DNA from: Eledone cirrhosa
Taxonomy: Eukaryota
NCBI GenBank assembly: GCA_964016885.1
Contig: OZ024740.1
Span: forward strand, 106,020,001-106,084,000
Reading direction: 5' to 3'
Length of the DNA: 64,000 bases
The notes under the pieces were generated by a model. That model was not told the origin of the DNA and searched no databases. It was given only the letters and a program-made list of their open reading frames with translations. Of the stretch, positions 53,652 to 64,000 are shown one piece after another (the stretch's first letter is position 1; every line of letters starts with the position of its first letter). Both the position numbers and the translations under genes were made by a program.

Positions 53652-53652
<1 letters not shown>
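47741..53652 (+). mobile_element. Tx1/L1-clade element, copy C2, full length
   Basis: Starts GGCGACCTACGTAGG directly after (TTA)n. ORF2 49990-53409 has three in-frame stops (50908, 52645, 52846). (TTA)n tail. Confidence 0.93.
47949..49955 (+). CDS. ORF1 (gag-like) of C2, open
   Basis: Starts MANSP. Globular region followed by CVVCGEGTHLRAFC (CX2CX4HX4C), Pro/Thr-rich segments and a basic KKKRNQKRK patch. Confidence 0.85.
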   Translation: MANSPLHEAAESLPHKITPHTDTTIVNVTTFANTKKNISSSNILNLSQADIHFPPLPMTAGVKPSTTTTTATTTITTTTATTETKEEKNKLTRDVEMKSSKMDSSPPKTTDVTTSTTENKININTNNDSNNNNNDIIKPTLSFAIVAKQFEAFTVTQEDLENAKQMVKKDGYRVSLTPPPPPTPNKMEHRRLCTVSYRTINVKSRRVEQASESQIQKALGHVWARKTHIRRGQKYGTVDVFFETPEEAREHSMAPLKSDDFTLVPSYCGQRLVKIRVTHVPPAIEIPWLIAAVIAGIEANTRIITIAKEKQENWSGSGMELLIQADQKSIEEIPEVIDLTDGSHLTVIVEGRRPRCVVCGEGTHLRAFCPQAKRLRPPLLPTPVTQPSTPPVAEMPATTVAATTEATITATTPATVAKPTPLPPPAKRTPPPPNASEQAPAPTPSTTPQPKLTAVEDFPLPGLSQLETDCDDEEWEMISGKKKRNQKRKNSLPSPSKNKIQRETNKLRNKKVRTHMPPSTPASPTPSTQTPTPSPSLSPAPLSPTPQKSPKYETETNPQQTQTKQNNQNDTHYTALNLNNKQLLHYIQHNTSITEKDYTTTPKFTPPPHIQITRITQKTYMTLKQKFPKDIGDFRQALSRRIYKDILPEEATSSEKDGKAVLPLREVR

Positions 53653-53703
<51 letters not shown>

Positions 53704-56700
53704 GGCGACCTACGTAGGAAATCGTATCATCTTGAGCTCCGCAAAGGTTTGTTGTTTTCGTTTGTTTAAAATTGCCATTTATGGAAAACTTTTGTTAACT
53801 ATTTTTAAAGTCACAAAATATGCTTTCGGAAAAGGACAATAAAAAAGATCGGGGCCTTGAGCCCAAAATTTAAACTTTTATAATTATCAAACAAAAGATT
53901 TATTTGAATAAATCATGGATGACTCACAGCTACACCAAGTAGCTGAGAGCATTCCTCACAAACTAACACCTCACACCAACACCACCATTGTATATATTAC
54001 TACGTTTGCCAACACTAAAAATATAAACAGTAGCAATAATTTAAATGTGTCTCATGCAGACATTCATTTCCCGCCATTACCAATGACTGCAGGTGTTGAA
54101 GCCCCCCCCCCCCCCCCTCCGCCACCAACACAGCGACAACAGAAACAAAAGAAAAAATAAATTATCGCGTGACATCGAAATGGATTCACCCAGAATGGAC
54201 TCTTCCACACCGAACACCACTGACGCTACAACCACCCCAACTGAAACTAAAAATAACAATAACAAAAGTAACAATAACAACAGCAACAACAACAATGAGA
54301 ATAACAACTTCGTGTCTTTTGCCAAAGCAGCTAAAACATGCGAAACAATCCAGGTAACTCAGGAGGAACTAGATGAAGCCAAGAAAATGGTAAAGAAAGA
54401 TGGGTATAGGGTCAGCCTCACCCCACTCCCCACCCCCACCAAATAAAATGAAGCATCGGCGCCAATGCCCCGTGTCTTATCGGACGATTAACATAAAATT
54501 GCGCCGAGTTGAACGGACATCCGAGTCCCAAATCCAAAAAGCTTTGGGACATGTGTGGGCAAAAAAAACGACATCAGACGTGGGCAGAAATATGGAACCG
54601 TAGACGTGTTCTTTGGAACACCACAGGAGGCCAGAGAACACTCCATGGCCCCATTAAGAAGTGACGACTTCACACTCGTCCCAAGCTATTGTGGCTAGAA
54701 ACTCGTGAAGATCAGAGTGACCCACGTGCCACCGGCCATCGAAATTCCCTGGGTAATGGCTGCCGTCCTTGCCGGCATCGAGGCAACACCAAGATAATTG
54801 AAATAGCTAAAGAAAAGCAGGAGAACTGGTCCGGATCTGGGATGGAGCTCCTGATCTAAGCGGACCAAAAAAGCATTGACGAGATCCCAGAGGTAATAGA
54901 CCTCACTGACGGCAGCCACCTCACCGTAATCGTTGAGGGCAGAAGGCCTAACTGTGTCGTTTGTGGTGAAGGAACCCACCTAAGGGCTTTCTGCCCTCAG
55001 GCTAAAAGGTTGAGGCCACCTTTCTTACCCACCCCAGTGACTCAACCATCAACACCACCAGCAGCAGAAATGGTAGAAACAACTGTAGCAGCAACAACAG
55101 ATGTAACTGTAACAGCAACAACCCTAGCAACAGTAGAAAAACCAACACCACCACCACCCAACGCCCCAGAACTAGCACCAGCGCCTACACCATCCACCAC
55201 GCCACAACCAAAACCAACGCCTGTGGAGGATTTTCCACTCCCCGACCTATCGCAACTGGAGACAGATTGTGACGATGATGATTGGGAAACGGTATCAGGA
55301 AAAAAGAAAAAAAGAAAAAGAAGCCAAAAAAAGAAACAATCCTCTTCTTTCCCCCTCCAAAAACAAAATACAGAGGGAAACAAATAAACTATCAAACAAA
55401 AAAGTTAGGACAGATATGCCACCATCCACACCAGCATCACCAACCCCATCACCACAAACACAACACAATCACCATCATTAACCCCAACACCACCAATACC
55501 ACAAAAGTCACCAAAAAGCGAAACAGAAACAAGCCCACAACAAACGCAAACAAAACAAAACGACCAAAACGATACACACCACACAGCATTAAATTTGAAC
55601 AACAACCGGTGGATTGGCAGTATTGGTAGAGTGTCGGATGCCATGCTTTGGCGCATAGAGTTACGTTCCTTGCCATTCTGAGTTTAAATCCCGCCGAGGA
55701 TAAAATAAAGTACCAGTAATACACTGGGTAATTGCTGGCCTTGTGCCTAACGTAGAAACAATTAAATTTGAACAACAACCAATTATTACACTACATCCAA
55801 CACAACACCAGCATCTCAGAAAAAGACTACACAACACCCCAAAATTTCACACCACCTCCACACATACAAATCACTCACATCACACAGATAACATAGATGC
55901 CACTAAAACAAAAATTCCCCAAAGACATCGGGGACTTCCGACAAGCACTCTCCAGGAGGATTTATAAGGACATCCTTCCGGAGGAGGCCACAAGCAGTGG
56001 AAAGGATGGAGAAACCATCCTTCCTCTACGAGAAGTAAGGTAAGTGGTCTTTCCCATCTTTTCCACTCCATTTCAACATGACCTCACTCAGAATAGGCAG
56101 CATAAGTGCGCGTGGCTTGGGGTCATCATGGAAGCAGGGCCACCTGCTCAACGACTTCAGGTTACTAAACATAGATGTAGTGGCCATCAACGAGACCAGA
56201 ATCTCCGAGGCACGGGCCTTCGCACCGATCTTCGGCGGCTACGATGTGTACGCATCTCCCAGCCGTCCTGGATCGGGCGGAGGAGTTGCTGTGCTTTTTT
56301 GGAGAGGTTTGGATCTCACCATGCGAGCCATCTTCCTGGACACAGAAGGTAAGTTGGTGATGCTGGACGTGACCAGTGGAGACGGGCAAGCTTTCAGGCT
56401 AGTGGCCGCCTATGCCCCGACAGGAGCAGAGAGGCCTCATTTCTACCGGTGTCTGGAGATCTTTCTTGGAACGTCCCGCTCTTTAGTGTTAGTGGGCGCC
56501 TGGAACGGGATCTTAGATGCACGCTGGGACTGTGTGGGATTAGCGGATAGGGGAGGAGGGTGCAAGAGCGTCACCAACCTGACAGGTACCGATTGGATTT
56601 CCCGAATGTGCCAATGTGGACATGGACAAATCGTATCGGGTCATCCAGATCATATCTATATAGAGTATTTTGTAGGGAAATAGATAGGTCTAGCATAGGC

Positions 56701-59700
56701 TGTCCACAATTCAAGATAGACAGCTACACGGACCACAAATTCCTGATCTGTGTGCTTGACTTAGATAGGCTTCATAGACGAGTACCCGGCTACTGGAAGC
56801 TAAACGCGTCCGTACCAGCGCGCAAAGCCTGCAGAGACCGGATTAGCGAACTAATTAAGCGGGCGTTGATGGGGGCCATCGTCAACTACAAGTGGTGGTT
56901 TGCTCTGAAAAGATCGATTAGAATAGAGTCCATTAGGTTTAGTAAGGCTTTAGCAATAGAGAAAAATAGACCAGAGGGAGAATTAGTTAGAAAATTAGAC
57001 GATGCGCTTAGCAAATGCATCGCGATCGACGTACTTGCGCCGAAATTGGCCCTTGACCAATTCTTAAATGCAAGGCACGAAGGCTGCGTTGTCAGAGCTA
57101 GGGTGCGTGCTCTCAGACACGAGGGGACGAGAACCGTTCAATGGGCCCGAGTGGCGGAGGCGCGTCGTGGCAACAAAGCCACAATCCGGTCTTTGGTGGA
57201 CCACGACCGGCGCATGCTACTCGATCCCGGGCAAATGTGTGAAGCTTTTCAGCGACACTTCGATCAGCTGTTCGGGGGCAGCGGCGGGGCGGGTCGAGGG
57301 ATGGACTTTCGTGTCTACCTCGACGGACTGCCGCGGCTTTTGGCCACTGAGGCGGAGTGTTGCGAAAAGCCGATAACAGCCGCTGAAGTACGGGAGGCAA
57401 TGACTAGCTGCAAAAGGGGTAAATCGCCTGGTTTAGATGGTCTGCCCTATGGAATTTACGTACAGATTCCAGACTTGTTCGGAGGCCTCTTGGCGGACGT
57501 CTACTGCAACTGGCAACAAAACGGGATAATTTCCCAGCTCTGTGAGCCGAGGAGCTGTGGCGCTGCTGAGAAAGGATCTGAACAAGGGGGATAACATAGA
57601 TAATTTTAGGCCCATAAGTCTGCTAAACACAGAGTTCAAGATTTTGGCCAGGGTGCTAGCAAAGAGGTTGGCGCTTGTCGTTGATGGTCTGGTGGGAGAG
57701 GCGCAGACATGCGCCATTCCCGACAGATCCATCCACCACAACCTCCACCTCATGCGATACATCGTAGAGAGGTTAGCTAGGGAACCTGGCACGGGAGGGT
57801 CCTTGATCAATTTAGATCAGTCGAAAGCTTTCGATAGGGTCGACCATCGTTACCTAGCGGCAGTCCTGAGGGCGGCTGGCTTTGGGCCCGTCTTCAGAGG
57901 CTGGATCGCTGCTATGCACAGCGACATCTGCTCTGTGGTGAGAGTGAACGGTCACCTTTCTGAACCGTTCAACATCATGCGCTCGGTCCTCCAAGGATGT
58001 CCCCTCTCGTCGCTCTTGTACGTATTGACTCTCGAGCCATTACTGCACAAACTGGAGACGTTGAGGGGGGTCCCACGCGAACTAGGATGTGGAAGATCCG
58101 TGTCAGCATATACGGACGATGTCACCGTAGTGGTGTCGAACGCCAAACACATCGAGGCGATCGGCACTACACTAAGAGAATACGAAGCGGTGACAGGAGC
58201 AATGATCAACCAGGAAAAGTCGGTGGGCCTGCAGCTCGGCACCTGGATAGGCAGGTCCATGCCGTCCAACGGTGTCGTCGGGCGCTGGACGGACGGAACG
58301 GTTAAATTGTTAGGGGTCTGTTTAGTCCGGACCTCCAGACGGACAAAAACTGGGACCAGGTGACGAGCAGGGTGGCTTCTCTCACCCGGAAGAGAGGAAG
58401 CTATCCCTGAAAGGTTGAGCGGAGGTGGCTACAGCATACATCGCGTCCGTCATCTACTACCGCCTGACCGTCGTACCTTGTCCTAAGCCTCGCCTGACTA
58501 CGCTGGAGCGTTTGCTCTTTCGCTTTTTGTGGAAGGGACACGCTCCGATGGTCAGGCGGTCCATCTGCTGTCAATACCCGCTACGTGGAGGGCTGGGCAT
58601 GCCGTGGCTAATGATACGCAGACACGCGCTCAGGCTACGACATCTCCACCTCTTGCTCGACGGTGATCAGGTGTGGTCGCCGTTTGCTAGACGCGTCTTT
58701 CCCCAGCTCATCTTCTTGACGGAGCTGCAGTCCTGGGTCAAGTGAAGACTGAGAGGGAGCGCTTGGAGACTGGAATGTCTTCAGGCGCTCACAAGCCTCG
58801 ACCAATCGGGCAATGTGATCGGTGAAACTCCACCTTGGCGTTCTATAGAGGATTAGTGGAGGGGAAGAGCGACGACGTACTTGGGGAAACTCTAGGCGTC
58901 GACGAAAATCAACTAGCCAATCTCTTTGGAAGAACTTTCGGGCCGGGACCTATGGACAACTTCCAGAAATCCCTGGCCTGGCAGTGCTACCGGGGTGCTT
59001 TGCCAGTTCAGGATAAACTCTACAGGCATGGAAGTGCCGTCAGTCGGGCATGTCCGAGATGCGCGCAGGGCGACGAAACCGTCCTGCACGCACTCGTCCA
59101 GTGTCCGAGCGTTGCTGTCTTATGGGTTTATGTCGAACACCTGCTGTCGCGTGTAGAACGGATCCGACTGTCAGCTGAGTCCATCGTGAGGATTGCTCCG
59201 CCCTCTTCCTTTAGCCGGGAAGGGTAGGCAGTTTTTATCTGTCTGGTGGCCATGGCGAAAGAGATAGTATGGTGGACGCGTCTGAAAGAGCTGAAGACGA
59301 GCACTTACCACTACGGTGATGCCCTGATTAACTTTTTCCAATTTCATTTGAAAAGGAAAATCAGGGTAGAGGGGGAGGTGCTCTCTTCCCAGCTTTTTGT
59401 TGAAAGATGGGTGAGAGAGGCAAGAATGGCCCGAGTGCGTGGACCTGCTCTGAGTATATGCCTCTAAATTGAAGGTGAAAAACTGGGAGAGGACAATTGC
59501 CCTGGTGGTCAGGGTCACCGTGGCATTTTTTAATGGGCTTTCTCCACGATGGCCCTCGGAACTCTCCCCCCTATTGGGGAATTTTTCATTGTTCTATTAT
59601 TACATCCTCTGTTTTTTTTGTTTTTTACACGCAGAAATGCCCATTTGTACCGTCCTGTATTGTCCTGTACTGTCCTTAGTGTCTACTTTATGTAAACCCT

Positions 59701-59718
59701 TGTGATTAATAAAGAAAG

Positions 59719-59719
<1 letters not shown>
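53704..59719 (+). mobile_element. Tx1/L1-clade element, copy C3, full length, older and frameshifted
   Basis: Same 5' start GGCGACCTACGTAGG; head-to-tail with C2 across (TTA)n; many frameshifts. Confidence 0.92.
55608..55760 (+). mobile_element. SINE (7777 family, core partly deleted) inserted in C3 ORF1, 20-bp TSD
   Basis: TSD attaaatttgaacaacaacc at 55588-55607 and 55761-55780. Confidence 0.9.
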
Positions 59720-59778
<59 letters not shown>

Positions 59779-59779
59779 A

Positions 59780-59900
59780 AGTTCAAATACCGCCGAGGTT
59801 AACTTTGCCTTTCATCCTTACGGTGTCGATAAAATAAAGTACCAGTAATGTACTGGGTAATTGCTGGTCCTGTGCCTAAAATAGAAACAATTATTATTAT
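59780..59900 (+). mobile_element. 5'-truncated SINE in the (TTA)n tail of C3
   Basis: Runs from the B box to agaaacaattattatt. Confidence 0.85.
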
Positions 59901-60596
59901 TATATTATACTAACTACTAAATTCATCCACTTCTTTGTGGTTTCATCACTAAACCTTTCCTTCTTACACGATCCATAATTACTGCATTAGTTTTTCACTG
60001 GATAATTCTATATCTTTATATCATTGACTCTCTTTAATGTGTTTCGCGCTTGCGTTTCACATTAGTGGGCTCCCATAGTAAACGTTTTGTAGCATGTTCG
60101 TTGCCTCTCATGACATAACCTGCAATTCGAAGACGCCTGGTAATGATAGTATGTCGAATGAGCGGGATGTTGCATTGAGAATTTTGTTTCTAACACGGTC
60201 GAGAGGTTTGATTTTTGTCTGCTATATGATATATATATATATTTTCATTCTGCACATGACATGAGCAATGGGTGGCTTCCAGTTTTTTAGTGACTAATAT
60301 TTTTCTAGAATTTCAAGACGTCTACTGATGATTCTAACTCGTGGCTTCACAATTTGCCGAGGTTGATGAATGGTAAATGTTGGTGATTTTGGCTAAATGG
60401 TCCCATGTAGACCTTGTAAATACTCATACTGTCTCTACATTTTTAAACATAATTAGATTATTCGCAAAATATTGTATATGTGGTTTCCTATGATATAGGC
60501 AGTGTGCAAGGCTCTGAGATCTTGGCCTTTCAGCTTCAATTCTGTCTTAGAGCTATTATAGAGCTACATGATCGATATATGTTATGGCTCTATCTC

Positions 60597-60653
<57 letters not shown>

Positions 60654-60736
60654 ATAATAATAAATTTGAAGACTAAAATCCAAAGAGGGCTCAATAAGGA
60701 TAAATATATATCAAATATATAAAAGCCGTAGAGCAA

Positions 60737-60882
60737 ATATTTATTAAAATAACAGATTAAAGTTTAAGAAAAGAATCGCTGCTTTCACCCTTAACGGGAT
60801 CTTCTGAGTTTCAGAAGATCCCGTTAAGGATGAAAGCAGCGATTCTTTGCTTAAACTTTAATCTGTTATTTTAATAAATATA
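60737..60882. repeat. Fold-back with ~70-bp arms and 3-nt loop; related single arm at about 28474-28525
   Basis: ..aacgggatcttctga gtt tcagaagatcccgtt.. Confidence 0.85.
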
Positions 60883-60890
60883 TATATATA

Positions 60891-61940
<1,050 letters not shown>

Positions 61941-61974
61941 ATGTATGTATATGTATGTATATAGATATGCGTGT

Positions 61975-62031
<57 letters not shown>

Positions 62032-62639
62032 CATTTCAGTTGAGTTGGGCCACTATGTCTGCTTGATCTGGATTGTACTAGGTCTAAACAACAATAGCAG
62101 CAGCAGTTATGTTTAAGTGTGAACAGCAATTTGATTCATTCAATTGAAAATCTGTTTCCATAACGACTGTTCATATATTTACCCTTATCTCCATAAGTAT
62201 TTATACATTGTCATACGTTAGCAAATATTTACACTGAAGGCCTGACGTTGTGCAAGGTTCTCAGACAAAGCACACTGTGGATTAATACAAATTATCCAAT
62301 CTTTGGATTTCACTGAAATGTCTGTTGAATTAACAACGCAATAGAATTGATTTTAAACTTGAGACCTTCAGAAGCTTTAGGATATTAAGGACGGCCGTTA
62401 AGTGTAGGGTGCGATGAAATGAAGTGAAATAGTTCAAGTAGGAATCGAATCTACGTCGCAAATACGATTTGCTAGGAACTTAGATTAAATAAATTCTACG
62501 CCAATCGCATGCCCATAACACAGATACTCATTCAAAGACACAAATATAAAAACTTGTTATCTATTTATGTAACGTGCACGCACGCCTACCTGCTGATGTT
62601 GAAATATATGCATGTGTCTACTTCTAGAATATGCACATA

Positions 62640-63010
<371 letters not shown>

Positions 63011-63151
63011 TAGTTTAAATATATACAAAATAGGTTCACTTTCATTTTCCGAATTGAATGGTTAGTATTTATTGTGAATGAATGTGTGTGAGAGAGAGAA
63101 ACAGAGAAAGGGGGAAGATAATGACACACTCATACACGCAGACACAGATAT

Positions 63152-63227
<76 letters not shown>

Positions 63228-63228
<1 letters not shown>

Positions 63229-64000
63229 AATAATGGAGCTGCGGCGTTGCAAATGGGTTACATATAAAAAAGGGGGGGAGTCCTTCATCAGTGACCCTCC
63301 AACCGTCCCAGGCATTTCATCGCTTTAAGGGCCATATACCTCAGGTTGGTGCGAACAACGGCTAAAAAAAGTCGTTGGGGCACGTAAATAAAGAGAACGT
63401 TAGGGTGAACAAACAAAATGGTTTAAGCAACAGAAAGTGAGAGGAAAGAGACAAGTCCCAGATTTCTATGAATATAAACTCGATAAAATCGTGAACTACT
63501 AGAGAATAAAGACCATCGGACCTGGTTGAAATGTGAGTAAGGAAGGAATTTTTCACAGGCCTAACGGGGGGAAGAAGAAGGGGTCTGGTCTGCGAATTCG
63601 GTAAACATAAGTTCTGTGAAGTCGCAGACGAGAGAGAGAAAGAGAAAAAAAAGTCATACCGGCTTGGCCAAGAACGCGCGAGAAAAGAAATCGGACAGGT
63701 CAAGCGGGAAGAAAGAGGAGGAAAGAGGAGGAGGAGGAGAAGTAGTGACAGAGAATGAGTGAGTGAAAGTTGAGGAGGAGGCTAACAGAGAGAGAGACTG
63801 CTAGAAAGGGTAAAGATACAAAGAACGAAACAGACGGGTGGCAGCAGAGGAAAGAATATGTGTAAATATGATAATAATGGAGCTGCGCGTTGCAAATGGG
63901 ATACATATGAAAAAGTAAGACCTGTGCGAAATTCCTTCCTTGCTCACATTTCAACCAGGTTTGATGGTCTTTTGTCTCTTGTTCACGATTTCACCGAGTT
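63228..64000. other. Unclassified element with a direct repeat (63228-63272, 63871-63914) and an inverted repeat (63476-63565, 63915-64000)
   Basis: ataataatggagctgcg(g)cgttgcaaatggg occurs twice. ctcacatttcaaccagg..gatggtcttt..gttcacgattt is inverted. Confidence 0.6.

Noticed and set aside
29502-59518. Antisense and alternative-frame ORFs recurring across LINE copies
   Set aside because: The recurrence reflects copy identity. They are shadows of the sense ORFs with no motifs.

Overview
This is animal genomic DNA made up almost entirely of transposable elements and microsatellites. The SINE families and dense (TA)n/(AAT)n tracts resemble coleoid cephalopod DNA, which is an inference. No host gene is recognisable. 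Two microsatellite-based niches are visible. (1) (AAT)n tracts hold nested and tandem non-LTR retrotransposons: two R4/Dong-like families with a restriction-like endonuclease (A: 1-3.25 kb and 3.9-6.8 kb; B: six pieces) and three copies of a Tx1/L1-clade APE element, oriented opposite to Dong relative to the microsatellite strand. Family B and the Tx1-like copies form a near-continuous array from 29.3 to 59.8 kb. (2) (TA)n tracts hold Penelope-like elements (YRDD-type RT plus GIY-YIG), an internally deleted RTE-derived element, a non-autonomous Helitron and many unrelated fold-back palindromes. Several fold-backs and one Penelope pseudo-LTR carry minimal type I hammerhead-ribozyme motifs followed by A(A/T)TAAA. 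The Tx1-like element has a conserved 52-nt GT-AG segment that would fuse ORF1 and ORF2 in frame if spliced. All RT-encoding ORFs are disrupted. Coordinates were read by eye and are approximate to a few bases.
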